Assembly (NCBI GenBank): GCA_963830915.1
Contig: CAWHOE010000064.1
Location: 64,001 to 128,000 of the forward strand
Direction: 5' to 3'
DNA from: a candidate division FCPU426 bacterium
GTDB lineage: Bacteria > Oederibacteriota > Muellerivitia > Muellerivitales > Muellerivitaceae
Length of the DNA: 64,000 nt
The notes under the pieces are model-generated. The model saw only the letters and a program-made list of their open reading frames with translations. It searched no databases and was not told where the DNA came from. The first letter of the stretch is position 1. Each line of letters starts with the position of its first letter. This document shows, one piece after another, positions 40,780-51,426 of this stretch. Made by a program: the position numbers and the translations under genes.

Positions 40780-41369
40780 AGCAGATACAGGGTGGTGAAG
40801 AGGCATATCCAGACGATATCGACGAAATGCCAGTACATCCCCACGTTCTCCACGAAGGCGTGGTTCTTGGTCGAGAGGTTCTTGGCGTTGCCCCTCCAAA
40901 AGACGATGTTCATCAGCAGGACGCCCACGAACACGTGGAAGCCGTGGAAACCGGTGAGGGTGAAGAAGACCGAACCGTAGGTGCTGGAAGAAAGGCTTAG
41001 GCCTTCCTTGATCAGGTTGGTGTACTCATAGGCCTGGATGCTAAGGAAGAGGACACCCAGCAGGATGGTCAGCCCCAGCCAGCCCAGGAATTTGCCCAGC
41101 AATCCCTTCTTGTACTGCATTTCAGCGATATGGAAAGTGAAACTGCTGGAGATAAGGAAAAAGGTGTTGATGGCGGTCAAGGTCACGTTCAAGGCTGGCT
41201 GGTTCGGGGGCGGCCACATGGTCTGGCTGGACCGGAGGACCAGGTAGGAAGCGATGAGGGTGGTGAACATCATGGCTTCGGAGGACAGGAAGATCAGCAT
41301 CCCCAGCCGGGCCGAGGGGAACCCGGTGGAAGTGGTTTCGGTGTGCGGGGCTAGTGTTTCACTGCTCAT
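40776..41369 (-). CDS. ctaE: Cytochrome c oxidase subunit III
   Basis: FLSSE, TGFHGFHV, YWHFVD. Confidence 0.95.
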   Translation of the reverse strand: MSSETLAPHTETTSTGFPSARLGMLIFLSSEAMMFTTLIASYLVLRSSQTMWPPPNQPALNVTLTAINTFFLISSSFTFHIAEMQYKKGLLGKFLGWLGLTILLGVLFLSIQAYEYTNLIKEGLSLSSSTYGSVFFTLTGFHGFHVFVGVLLMNIVFWRGNAKNLSTKNHAFVENVGMYWHFVDIVWICLFTTLYLL

Positions 41370-41400
41370 TTTCTTCTCCTTAGAACATTCAAGACTTTTT

Positions 41401-41564
41401 AACCACCAAGGGCACCAAGTTCACCAAGAAAGGCGCAACTTAGAGATTGGGTTTTAAAAACATCTTTCACCATCAATTAAACTAAAAATACTTATCGTCT
41501 TTTGAAAACCTAAGCATTAGGGGCGTTTTTATCCTTCTTGGTGCCCTTGGTGAACTTGGTGGTT
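41401..41564. repeat. Inverted-repeat element with 9-nt nnCACCAAG units inside the oxidase operon
   Basis: 41401-41430 versus 41535-41564 with an AT-rich core. Confidence 0.85.
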
Positions 41565-43279
41565 CAAATTGCCTTTTCCGTCTGCATGATGAAATCCTTC
41601 CCCTGGGACAGGGGGTTGCCGTACTCGTGTGGCCCGCATTGGACGACCGGCAATGGGCCCTCGAAATTCTCATGGGGCGGGGGTGACGGCACGATCCATT
41701 CCAATGTGGTAGCTTCCCACGGGTTGTCGCTAGCCTTCTTGCCTTTGAAGATGCTGTAGAAGAAATTAAAGATGAAGATCAGCTGGGCCGTCCCCAAAAC
41801 CATGACCCCGTAGGTGATGATCTGGTTCAGGGGCTGGAGGGGCTTGAAAACCTCGTAAGCCGAGGGGTCCGCCACCCGGCGCATCAACCCGGCCAGGCCT
41901 ACCCGGAACATGACCAAAAAGACCACGTTGACCGCGATGAAGGTGATCCAGAAATGGATCTTGCCCAGGGTCTCGTTCATCATGCGCCCGAAGATCTTGG
42001 GGAACCAGAAATAGACCGCCGCGAAGGAACCCAGGAACACCGACATGGCCATGGTGTAGTGGAAGTGGGCCACCACGAAATAGGTGCCGTGCAGATAGAT
42101 ATCCATGGTGCGGGAAGCCAGCAGGATGCCCGTCAACCCCCCGATGGCGAACACGAAAATGACGCCGATACAGTAAAGCATGGGCGTGGTGAAGCGCAGG
42201 TTGCCCCGCCAGAGGGTGGCCAGCCAGTTGAAGAAGAACACCGACGAGGGGATGGAGATGAGCATGGTGAGGGACTGGAAGGTCTTCCCCATGGCCGGGC
42301 TCATGCCGGAAATGAACATGTGATGGCCCCAGACCACCGCGCTTAAAAGGGTGATGAGGCACATGGAAAGGGCGGTCAATTTATAGCCGAAGGCCGGTTT
42401 GCGGGAGAAGGTGGACAGCAGGTCCGAGACCATGCCCCAGACCGGCAGGATGAGGATATAGACTTCTGGATGGCCGAAAGCCCAGAAGATGTGCTGGTAC
42501 AAGAGGGGCTGACCCGCCTGGGCGGTGTTTATGGCCACGCCCGTGAAGAAGTGGGTGGTGAAGGTTCGGTCCAACAGGAGCATGATGAGCCCCACCGCGA
42601 TGACCGGCACGAAGGCCAGGTTGAGGATGGCCGTGAGGAACAGGCCCCAGATGGTCAGGGGCAGTTTGAACATGCCCATGCCCTTGGCCCGAAGGTTGAG
42701 GACCGTGGTGACGTAGTTGATACCGCCCATGATGGAGGACGTCCCCAGAAGGACGACCGCCAGGGCCCAGCAGGATTCCCCGGCGCCTGGGTTATAGGTG
42801 GCCGAGCTTAAGGGTGGGTAACCGGTCCAGCCAGCCGCCGCCGATTGCTCCGTGAAGAAAGCTACCAGTAGGAAGGCGCCCGCGATGGGCATCAACCAGA
42901 AGGAAAGCATGTTGAGTACCGGGAAGGCCATGTCCCTCGCCCCAACCTGTAGCGGGATGAGGAAATTGCCGAAGGCCCCGATGACCAGGGGCGTGATGGC
43001 GAAGAAGATCATGATGGTGCCGTGCAGGGTGATGAGGGTGGTGTAGATCTCAGGCGTGGCCGCCCCGCCCGAGGAGGGGAAGAAAAGTTTGCCGAAGACC
43101 GGCGCCGGCGTCCAGGGGAAGGCCAACTGCCAGCGGATCAGGTAGGCCATGATGCCGCCCAACAACAGGAAGCTCAATCCGTAGAACAGGAACTGCCGCC
43201 CAATGACCTTATGGTCCAGGGAAAAGATATATTTGGTGATGAAAGATTTCGGCCCCTCATGCATATGTTCCTCGCTCAT
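41564..43279 (-). CDS. ctaD: Cytochrome c oxidase subunit I (A1 type)
   Basis: DHKVIG, GHPEVY, VWGHH, AHFHY; start ATG 43279. Confidence 0.96.
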   Translation of the reverse strand: MSEEHMHEGPKSFITKYIFSLDHKVIGRQFLFYGLSFLLLGGIMAYLIRWQLAFPWTPAPVFGKLFFPSSGGAATPEIYTTLITLHGTIMIFFAITPLVIGAFGNFLIPLQVGARDMAFPVLNMLSFWLMPIAGAFLLVAFFTEQSAAAGWTGYPPLSSATYNPGAGESCWALAVVLLGTSSIMGGINYVTTVLNLRAKGMGMFKLPLTIWGLFLTAILNLAFVPVIAVGLIMLLLDRTFTTHFFTGVAINTAQAGQPLLYQHIFWAFGHPEVYILILPVWGMVSDLLSTFSRKPAFGYKLTALSMCLITLLSAVVWGHHMFISGMSPAMGKTFQSLTMLISIPSSVFFFNWLATLWRGNLRFTTPMLYCIGVIFVFAIGGLTGILLASRTMDIYLHGTYFVVAHFHYTMAMSVFLGSFAAVYFWFPKIFGRMMNETLGKIHFWITFIAVNVVFLVMFRVGLAGLMRRVADPSAYEVFKPLQPLNQIITYGVMVLGTAQLIFIFNFFYSIFKGKKASDNPWEATTLEWIVPSPPPHENFEGPLPVVQCGPHEYGNPLSQGKDFIMQTEKAI

Positions 43280-44072
43280 TATCTCTCCTCCCAGGCCCAG
43301 CCCCAATTATTGGCAGGGTCCGTATCGGTGGTCTTGGCCGCGTCGGCCAGGAATTTCTCGAAATCCGCCTCGTCCTCGACCGTCACATAACCCTTCATGC
43401 GGTAATGGCCCAGCCCGCAAAGCTCCGAACAGGCCAGGGTATATTGGCCCTTCTCCTTGCCCATGAATGCCACCTGGTTGACCAGTCCGGGCAATACGTC
43501 CTGCCGGACCCGGAAGTTGGGAAGGTAAAAGCTGTGAACCACGTCATTGGATGTCAACTGCACGAAGATGGGCCGGTCGACCGGCAAATGGAGCTGGTTC
43601 AGGGAGGTGATGTCCTTGGCGGTGCCGAAGGTCTTGTTGTCGGCGGAGTAGCGAACCCGCCACTCGAACTGCCTTGCCTGCACTTCCACCCTCAGGGCCT
43701 TGGAGCGGTCCAGATTCTTTCCCATCAAGAACTCGAAATCCTCGTTGGAGCGATGGATGACGTTCATGTCGATGACCCCGAAACCGTCATGGCCAAGATG
43801 AGCGTGATGATCCTTTCGATCTTGCCGGTGCCATGGGTGTAATAGGCCTTGGAGCCGGGACGCTCGCGGTAGCGGAAGGTGAAATAGATGAGGGCGATGA
43901 CCACCAGGGCGAAGAAGAAACCCGTGACCCAGAAGGAAAAAATGACCAATTTATCGATGCGTTCGCCCTCGGCGGAAACATTGTGGGGGAACCAGGGGCC
44001 TGTTTCGGCGAAGAGGGATTGGGCTGTCAGATACAAAAATAAAGCGATACCGGGTTTATAGAAACGCTTCAA
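43279..44072 (-). CDS. ctaC: Cytochrome c oxidase subunit II; one-base frameshift near 43783
   Basis: Signal and TM part 43764-44072; CuA domain DVVHSF...CSELCGLGHYRM; one extra T in acggtttcgggg joins the frames. Confidence 0.92.
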
Positions 44073-44201
44073 AACACAACCTCCCCTTGAATTGTTAAGC
44101 GGCTCATAAGGTATATGGATTGAGAAAGCCTTTCAATACTACCAGAACACTAAATTTGCTGACAATACCTATGTTTATTTCATGCGCTGGGCCAAGAATC
44201 C

Positions 44202-44302
44202 GGTGACTTAAGTCACGGCGCACTTTCCCGCCGGGAAAGATGATAAGGGCTGTCGAAGGTTTGTGGAGGAGCGCCCCAAGGGGAGGGAGGCGCTCCTTTT
44301 TT
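44202..44302 (+). promoter_or_regulatory. Box GGTGAC-TTAA-GTCACG (44202-44217), weak -10 GATGAT (44239-44244), then terminator 44267-44302
   Basis: Motif variant with a 21-nt spacer; aggagcgcc/ggcgctcct hairpin plus T-run. Confidence 0.5.
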
Positions 44303-44393
44303 GTTTAGGGGCTACTGGAAACTTGAACTTGAAGCGTGCCAATATGTTGGCGTTTCAGGGGAGACTTCCCGTAATAAACTATTGAGGTTACTT

Positions 44394-45447
44394 ATGAGCA
44401 CAAGCCAGAAGAACTATCGAGTTTCCCATGGCGGAAGCCAAGCGGATCTGCCAGGACCTTTTCGAGGCTAAGCCGTCCATCTATTGGCCTGACTTCCTTT
44501 TTTTCGACCTGCTGGGCTGGGCCGCCTTCGTGGTCGCGGTGCAGACGCCGAATTTTTCCCCGCTCCAGATCGGGGCCTTCATCGTCGCGGGGCTCTCCCT
44601 CTACCGGGCGGTCATCTTCGTCCATGAGTTGACCCATTTGAAGAAAGGCACCTTCCGGCTTTTTCATATCGTCTGGAACCTGCTTTGCGGTTTCCCCCTG
44701 ATGGTCCCTTCCATGCTGTACATGGGCATCCACATCGACCACCACAAGCAAAGCTATTACGGGACCAGCGAGGACAAGGAATACTTCCCCTTCGCCATCT
44801 CCAAACCCTACCGCATCCTCCTCTTCCTGTTCACCATGTTCCTGGCGCCGTTGGTTTTCCTCGTTCGTTTCGCCATCCTCACCCCGCTCTCCTATATCAT
44901 CCAGCCCCTGCGCAAACCCCTCTGGGAAATGGCTTCCTCCCTCGCCGTCGGGTCCGGTTATAAACGTCCCTCGCCCGGTAACCGGGAGAAATATATCTGG
45001 TGGGCCCAGGAATTCATGGCGTTCGCCTATTCGGCCACGGGACTGACCCTGATCTATCTGAAGTTACTGCCCGTCAAGGTCTTGGTGCTCTGGTACCTGG
45101 CCGCCACCTTCATCCTGGTGACCAACGGCCTTCGGACCCTGGTGGCCCATTGTTACCGCAACCCGCCCGATCGGGAAATGCCTTTTGGCGAGCAGTTCCT
45201 GGATTCCATCGATATCCCCGGCAACTTTTTCACCACGCCCCTCTGGGCGCCCGTGGGCCTCAGGTACCACGCCACCCACCACCTGTTCCCCGGTATGCCC
45301 TACCACAGCCTGGGTACGGCCCACAAAAGACTGATGAAGGAACTGCCCCCGGGCAATCCCTACCCCTTGGCCACGCGCAAGAGTCTGTTGAGCGCGTTGG
45401 CGCAGTTGTGGAACGAGGCGAAAGCCAACACGGCAAGCAAGGACTAA
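44394..45447 (+). CDS. Fatty acid desaturase (probable extra base near 44412; in-frame ATG at 44428)
   Basis: HELTH, HIDHH, HATHH histidine boxes; RBS GAGG precedes ATG 44394. Confidence 0.88.
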
Positions 45448-45583
45448 CGGGGCTTCGACAGACAAAAAAGGGGGGCTTCCCTTACGGGAAGTCCCCCGAA
45501 CAAACTTCCTTTCAATTTTGAAACCCTAGGATCTAGCGGTGCCGGGTGGACCCAGTCTTACCCGACATCCCAGCTCGGTCCAT

Positions 45584-46051
45584 TCAATAAACGGGGCAAC
45601 CTACAAACAGGTAATTACAACCGTTGTCCGTGATGGAAGCGGTCTCGATCTCGTTTGAATAAACAAAAATAGAACAGCTGGTCCCTGTCGTCGTAACAGG
45701 GTTACTGGACCCGGCGTTCAGGATGAATTGGCAGGACAACACGCTCCCACAGGTCACGGGGACTCCCGAATTGATGGTCAGGGTGTGGGGGCCTTCGGCC
45801 ACGCTTGAAAAGTTATAGACAGTGCCACCGGATATGGTAATTGGTCCCGTCCCATCCAGCCAAACGCGGACCATGCAGGCGCCGGTAGCGGCGTCGTTCA
45901 CGACAACCGTTCCTGTTCCGTTGTTATAAGGTGTGGGGGTCGGAGGAGGGGAGGTATAACCCGTCGGTGTTCCAGAACCGCAGCCATTCATGGACCAAAC
46001 CGTAAACAGCCCAGCCAATCCCAGTGCCATCAGCCCCAAGTTCCGTTTCAT
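45584..46051 (-). CDS. Cys-rich lipoprotein, unknown function
   Basis: Lipobox-like MNGC, PPPTPTP linker, 6 further Cys. Confidence 0.75.
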   Translation of the reverse strand: MKRNLGLMALGLAGLFTVWSMNGCGSGTPTGYTSPPPTPTPYNNGTGTVVVNDAATGACMVRVWLDGTGPITISGGTVYNFSSVAEGPHTLTINSGVPVTCGSVLSCQFILNAGSSNPVTTTGTSCSIFVYSNEIETASITDNGCNYLFVGCPVY

Positions 46052-46244
46052 CGTTCGTCCCTCATAAACCTTCGAGTCGATATCTGGGCGTATTTTACCG
46101 TCTTTCCCACCACCCGTCTTGCGGTTTATTTCCGGCTCAATTCACAGGACACAGGCCCTGGTTTTTCCCTTGCTGGGAACCAGCGCCATGAAAGACAATG
46201 AATGAGTCTTAATGAAGTTCAAAACATCCCGAGAGTTGATCGAT

Positions 46245-46964
46245 ATGAAAAAATATTTCTTCGTCGCCGGTTTGATGGTCCTTTTGATACCTGGCTTCGT
46301 CCTGGGAAAACAAACCGATCCATCCAGTGATTCTGCCGAGCAAGAAAACGCCATTGACGCTACCCCTTCCCCCACACCGTCCGCGACTCCCCTTTCCCAG
46401 ACATTCTCTCCCGACCATCTCAAAGGCCGCTGGGCGGTCGGGGTTTCCTCTGTTTCCGGAACCACCCTGGCTCTGCGTTATTGGTGCGCCGAGGATGAGG
46501 CTCTCGACCTTTTGGTGGGCGGGTCGGATTCCCCATTGTCAGGAACGGATCCCAACAATAATTATATCTCCACCCCGAACTGGAGCTACGGGTTAAGCTT
46601 GGGATTGAGGCACAACCTTGAAAAACCTGCCGAAAATGTCTACGTGCAGTGGCTGGAACGGATCACTTATTACCAAACGTTCAGCCAGAGTGACTATTCA
46701 GGCGATCTTTCCACCAATCAATCCCAGGACCTGACCTTTTTCACCGGTCCAAGCTTCGAGGCTTTCGTGCCCTTCTGGAAGAACCTCTCGATCGAGGGGA
46801 ATATCGGACTGGCCGTGGATTCCCACTGGGTTCAATCCGCCCAATCCGGAACCTCAACCTTTCCATCGTCAGGAAGTTCCACCACCAGCCATTGGACCTT
46901 ATCTTTTGGTTGGAACAACACCATCACTTCCATCCTGAACGCCGCCGTCCATATTTATTTTTAG
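46245..46964 (+). CDS. Outer-membrane beta-barrel protein, unknown function
   Basis: Signal peptide, amphipathic strands, C-terminal VHIYF. Confidence 0.75.
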   Translation: MKKYFFVAGLMVLLIPGFVLGKQTDPSSDSAEQENAIDATPSPTPSATPLSQTFSPDHLKGRWAVGVSSVSGTTLALRYWCAEDEALDLLVGGSDSPLSGTDPNNNYISTPNWSYGLSLGLRHNLEKPAENVYVQWLERITYYQTFSQSDYSGDLSTNQSQDLTFFTGPSFEAFVPFWKNLSIEGNIGLAVDSHWVQSAQSGTSTFPSSGSSTTSHWTLSFGWNNTITSILNAAVHIYF

Positions 46965-47044
46965 ATCGACTCAGCCGTTCGCTTTCTGTATTCCCAGCCC
47001 ACAAATAGGAATTATTTGCCGATTGAAGTTATAATTACCTCTCT

Positions 47045-48277
47045 ATGAACCATCCCCAACCATCCACCCATTCTCCCGCTCAGGGTTTCTTCAGGATTTT
47101 CGCCGTCGGGCTGGTGGGGTTCTGCGCCTTCCTGGGTCTCTACGCCACCCAACCCCTTCTGCCCATGCTTCAATCGGCTTTCCAGGCTTCCAAGCTGGCG
47201 GTCAGCCTGACCGTTTCTTCCGCCACCTTGGCGATCGCCCTGGCCGCGCCCTTGGCCGGCATACTGGCGGACATGAGGGGCCGCAAGAAGGTCATCATTC
47301 CTTCCCTCTTTTTGTTGAGCCTGGTTTACCTGCTCACCGCTACCTCGGCCGGTCTTTCCGCCCTGGTCTTCTGGCGTTTCCTACAGGGTCTGCTCACTCC
47401 CGCCGTCTTCGTGGTGGCCGTGGCCTACATCAACGAGGAATGGCCCAGGTCCGAGACAGGCTTCGTCACTTCCATCTACGTGACCGGCACGGTGGTGGGC
47501 GGCTTCTGCGGACGGTTCCTTTCCGGTTGGGTGGCGGCGCGGTGGGGCTGGCACTGGGTCTTCATCGTCCTGGGGATCTTGAACCTGGCCTTGACCTTCG
47601 CGGTCGTCCAATGGCTTCCCCTGGCCAAGACCTTCAAGAAAATACCCGGCTACGGTACGGGTTTGCGCAACACCCTGGAGCACCTGAGGAACCCTTCCCT
47701 GCTGGCGATCTACGCCGTGGGCTTCACCATCCTCTTCGCCCTGGTGGGTACCTTCACCTACGTCACTTTCTACCTGGCCGAGCCGCCCTTCGGGTTGGAC
47801 ACGGCGGCCCTGGGCGCCATCTTCGCGGTCTACCTGGTCGGGGCCCTCATCACCCCCGTGGCGGGCCGTTGGTCCAACCGATGGGCCGGATGGAAGATCC
47901 TTTCCACCGCGCTCCTGGCCTCGGCGGCTGGCATCCTTTTGACCCTGTCCCATCAATTACCCCTGGTCATCCTGGGCATCACCCTTTGTTCCTCCGGGGT
48001 CTTCGTCTGCCAGACCGTGACCAACCGGACCATCGGCGTGGTGGCGGGAAAATCCCGGGCCTCGGCGGTGGGATTATACGTGACCTTCTATTATCTTGGC
48101 GGTTTCGTGGGGTCGGTGGTGCCGGGGTTCCTCTGGGGCTGGGGCGGTTGGACCGCCTGCGCCTTTTTCATCTTCGGGATCCTGGGCCTTTCGGCCCTAT
48201 TCACCCTGAGGGTCTGGAAAAAGCTGGAGCCCAAGAAGGTCAAGACCGGTCAGGATGGTTTCGAGGGAGTCAGTTAA
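47045..48277 (+). CDS. MFS transporter (YnfM-like)
   Basis: LYATQPLLP, DMRGRKK, AYINEE, YVTFYYLGG. Confidence 0.92.
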   Translation: MNHPQPSTHSPAQGFFRIFAVGLVGFCAFLGLYATQPLLPMLQSAFQASKLAVSLTVSSATLAIALAAPLAGILADMRGRKKVIIPSLFLLSLVYLLTATSAGLSALVFWRFLQGLLTPAVFVVAVAYINEEWPRSETGFVTSIYVTGTVVGGFCGRFLSGWVAARWGWHWVFIVLGILNLALTFAVVQWLPLAKTFKKIPGYGTGLRNTLEHLRNPSLLAIYAVGFTILFALVGTFTYVTFYLAEPPFGLDTAALGAIFAVYLVGALITPVAGRWSNRWAGWKILSTALLASAAGILLTLSHQLPLVILGITLCSSGVFVCQTVTNRTIGVVAGKSRASAVGLYVTFYYLGGFVGSVVPGFLWGWGGWTACAFFIFGILGLSALFTLRVWKKLEPKKVKTGQDGFEGVS

Positions 48278-48292
48278 AGGAAGCGGGGAGGG

Positions 48293-49039
48293 TTATTCCA
48301 TCACCTTCAGCAGAAGCATGACGCCTACCCCGGCCAGGATGGCCAGGAACTGGATGAGAGCACGGAGGGATTTCACGTCCTTGTGAAGCTGGGGTACTAG
48401 GTCCGAACCGGCGATATAGATGAAGCTTCCCGCCGTCAGAGGAGCCAGCACCCGCAGGAATCCTTCCGTACCAGAGCCGATCCACCAGGCCAAGAGCCCG
48501 CCCAGGATGGCCGTCAGGGCCGTCAGAAAATTGAAAAAAAGCGCCCGCCCCCTCGAGAACCCTGATTTCACCAGGATGCCGAAATTGCTGAACTCGTGCG
48601 GGACCTCGTGTAAGAAGACTGCCAGGGTCGTGGCCAATCCCAGCTTCACCCCCAGAAGGTAGGAACCCCCGATGATCATCCCGTCGATGGCGTTATGGGC
48701 CAAGTCGGCGATGAGGTTCAGGTAGCCGAAGGGCTGGATCTCCTCGACCTCGTCCGAGTGCTGGTGGCGCCAGTGCAGGAAATTCTCCAACATGAAGAAC
48801 AACAGGATGCCCGCGATGACCCAAAGGGAAGTCGAGGTCGTTCGGGTCAGGTCCTTATAGGCCTCGGGAAGAAGATGGAGGAAACAATCGCCGAACAAGG
48901 CCCCGACCGCCAGGGCGACCAGCCCGGACAGGATCTCGTGCAGGGCTTTATGGCTGACGGAGATCAGGGAGATGCCGATGAGCGAGAGCAGGCTCACCAC
49001 CACCAGACTGACCATCATGGCTAGGAAGGCTGGATTCAT
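48293..49039 (-). CDS. ZIP family metal transporter
   Basis: HLLPE, HNAIDG, HEVPHE, GSFIYIAGSDLVP. Confidence 0.93.
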   Translation of the reverse strand: MNPAFLAMMVSLVVVSLLSLIGISLISVSHKALHEILSGLVALAVGALFGDCFLHLLPEAYKDLTRTTSTSLWVIAGILLFFMLENFLHWRHQHSDEVEEIQPFGYLNLIADLAHNAIDGMIIGGSYLLGVKLGLATTLAVFLHEVPHEFSNFGILVKSGFSRGRALFFNFLTALTAILGGLLAWWIGSGTEGFLRVLAPLTAGSFIYIAGSDLVPQLHKDVKSLRALIQFLAILAGVGVMLLLKVME

Positions 49040-49108
49040 TGAAAAAACAAAATATCCGTCTTTGGGGCGGGAATCAACCATTACTTGGAACATACCCTAA
49101 ACCGATTG

Positions 49109-49200
49109 AACCACCAAGACACTAAGACACCAAGAAAACCGAAAACAACACCTTGTTTTGAAATAAATCATCTTTAATCCAACTTTGCGACTTGGTGGTT
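49109..49200. repeat. Degenerate CACCAAG inverted-repeat element
   Basis: aaccaccaagacactaagacaccaag ... cttggtggtt. Confidence 0.75.
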
Positions 49201-49217
49201 GATGGATTTCGGCGTTC

Positions 49218-49592
49218 TTATCGGTAGGCCACCGATGATTTCTCCAGGAAGGCCCGGAGGCATCTCATCTCCTCGTCCTTCATCATCAGGAAGCGCAGAC
49301 CCGCGCCCATATTGTTGGCCCACATCACCTCGGCGTAGATGGTCACGGAGGCCTTTTCATCGAGCAGGTAAAGTTCGAAACACAGGACCTCGCCCACGGA
49401 CAGGGGCTGGTCCACCACCACGCTCATCCCTCCCAGGCTCATGTCCAGGGTGAAACAATTCAGCTCCGAATGGCGCCATTCCTCGATGGTTCGAAGGACC
49501 TTTTTCTCTTTTTCAAGCCGGTATTTGACCGGGACCTTGATCGAGACCCTGGGGGTGGTCCTGCGTTCCATCGACAATTTCGCGTCCGGCAT
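49218..49592 (-). CDS. PilZ domain protein
   Basis: ERRTTPR and DMSLGG motifs. Confidence 0.88.
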   Translation of the reverse strand: MPDAKLSMERRTTPRVSIKVPVKYRLEKEKKVLRTIEEWRHSELNCFTLDMSLGGMSVVVDQPLSVGEVLCFELYLLDEKASVTIYAEVMWANNMGAGLRFLMMKDEEMRCLRAFLEKSSVAYR

Positions 49593-49934
49593 GTTTCCCT
49601 TTTCTTGGCCCCGAACCTTCCGGGCCCTTGGAATGGTCGAACAAAATCGTTCGAGCGGATCTTTAGGGATCGAACCAAACGAATCCCGCGGATCGCGCAG
49701 GGGAAATAGATACACTTTTTGTCCGTATGCCGTCAATGAAATTGGGAAGGATTGAGCGCTAATATCGTTCTCAATGACAACCTTAACGTTTTAAAAAGAA
49801 CGTAATCGTTTTTAGTTGGCAGTTAGAACAGAATTTGACCCGGATGGATCATTGAATAAGACATGATTGGGAAGAGGTGTTTTTTTCAGGAAGTTCTACA
49901 AAAGCCGCTTCATAAGAATTGAAGCGGTGCCGTC

Positions 49935-50651
49935 TTACTCGTCGTAATCCTGGTAGGTCGCCGTTCGTCCGCGGGTAATGGTCTCGACTGGAATGGCGGA
50001 CGGGACCTCGCGTAGGATCTTCGCCGCTTCCTCATCCTTCGATTCGGGATAGTCCTCGAAGTTCACATGGATATCGGTCAGGTCGTCCTTTATCATCAAC
50101 GCCACGGTCTCATCCGCTTCCGCTTTGACCCTGTCCAGGCCGTCCTTGCGGGCGACCGCGACCGCCGCCACGATCTTGGCCGGATGTTGCCCGTCCACCT
50201 CTCGGATGGCGGCCAGCATGGTGGAGCCGGTGATCAGGCCCGTGTCCAGGACCAACACGACCCGGTTGGCGTGGCTTAAGGGGCCCCGTTCCGGGGTGCA
50301 GACCTTTCGGCGTTCGGTAAGTTTTTCCAGGCGTTTGCGGTTCTCTTCCAGATCCAGGTGCCGGGGAGTCCAAAGGTTCTTGGAATTTGGGTCGGCGTAA
50401 AGGGTCCCGCCCTCGGTCAAGGCGCCGATGGTCACCTCCGGGCTTCCGAAGGAAAGGATACGGTCCACCAACAGCACATCCATGTCGCCCCTAAGATAGG
50501 TGGCCAGCAGACGGGCCATGGCGACAGCCTCGCTGGAGACCGCCAGCACGAGCGGATGCAATCCCCGATAGGGGAACAGTTTCTCGCAAAGGACCCGAGC
50601 CGCTTCCTCACGGCTGTGGAACGGGTATTTTTTCTTGTTACGGACGGCCAT
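49935..50651 (-). CDS. Phosphoribosyltransferase family protein (degenerate PRPP motif)
   Basis: FHSREEA, VLVLDTGLITGSTM, IVAAVAV. Confidence 0.8.
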   Translation of the reverse strand: MAVRNKKKYPFHSREEAARVLCEKLFPYRGLHPLVLAVSSEAVAMARLLATYLRGDMDVLLVDRILSFGSPEVTIGALTEGGTLYADPNSKNLWTPRHLDLEENRKRLEKLTERRKVCTPERGPLSHANRVVLVLDTGLITGSTMLAAIREVDGQHPAKIVAAVAVARKDGLDRVKAEADETVALMIKDDLTDIHVNFEDYPESKDEEAAKILREVPSAIPVETITRGRTATYQDYDE

Positions 50652-51399
50652 TGGCCTCTCCTGGCTGGTTCAGAAAACCCATCTGGACCGCTTTCTTTAA
50701 AAGTATGTTGTTCTCCAGATGGATGTGGCGGCGGGTGTCCTTTTCCAGGGCCTTGAGGGCCTCGTACAAGGGCTGATAAAGCTTCCGCTCATCCTCCGGC
50801 GGTTGGAAATGGTGGGTCAAACTGTGGATCTCCCGCCATTCCTTCCCTAATAGACCGTGCTCCCACATAAGCACCCTCAACGGGTGGTTGAAAAAATTGC
50901 TGTCCTTGAACGGCTGAGGGATGGGCTCGCCCCTGTCGAACGCCTGCTCGGCCCGGACCAGGAAGGGGAAAACCACCTCTTCCTCCATCTTCAAGTGCTC
51001 CCTCGTCTCCTCGGCCATCTTCACGAAAAGTCTCTGGAGCGCCCCCATGTCCGCGTTCTGGGCGCCCTGGTTCGCCGCCATGCGGTCGATGATGTTCTCG
51101 ATGCGGTTGAGCTGGGACCGGGTGTAAGTGTGGTGGATCCGCACGATGTATTCCACCATCCCGGCCAGGGACTCATGGATCCAGTCCTTGCCCCCTTCCC
51201 AACCATCCGGCGGTCGGGAAGGCGCGTGTTGGATGTCCTCCAGCACATCGGCCAGCTCGACGTCCGCCAATCGGCAGGCTTCCCGAAGGCTCTTGGAACT
51301 GTCGCAGCTGTAATCGATGTGGTACCGCTCGAAGACGGCGATGGCTTGGATATGGTCCACCGCGATCTGTCCAACGGCTTGGGATGGATCTAATTTCAT
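50638..51399 (-). CDS. Ric/ScdA-like di-iron Fe-S repair protein, paralogue 2 (DYSCDS instead of DYCCGG)
   Basis: DUF542-like N-terminus, HHTYTR, HLKMEE, WEH, HIHLENN. Confidence 0.88.
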   Translation of the reverse strand: MKLDPSQAVGQIAVDHIQAIAVFERYHIDYSCDSSKSLREACRLADVELADVLEDIQHAPSRPPDGWEGGKDWIHESLAGMVEYIVRIHHTYTRSQLNRIENIIDRMAANQGAQNADMGALQRLFVKMAEETREHLKMEEEVVFPFLVRAEQAFDRGEPIPQPFKDSNFFNHPLRVLMWEHGLLGKEWREIHSLTHHFQPPEDERKLYQPLYEALKALEKDTRRHIHLENNILLKKAVQMGFLNQPGEANGRP

Positions 51400-51426
51400 G
51401 ACTTCCCCTTGCCCGACTTGCCATTC

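Noticed and set aside
41401..41564. CRISPR-like array
   Set aside because: Units are 9-nt tandem repeats in inverted arms, with no 25-45-nt repeats, no spacers and no cas genes
43764..43790. Naturally split cytochrome oxidase subunit II
   Set aside because: One missing T in a T run inside the second TM helix; likely an assembly error
44394..44430. Upstream leader peptide for the desaturase
   Set aside because: Removing one A puts the RBS-bearing ATG 44394 in frame; likely an indel
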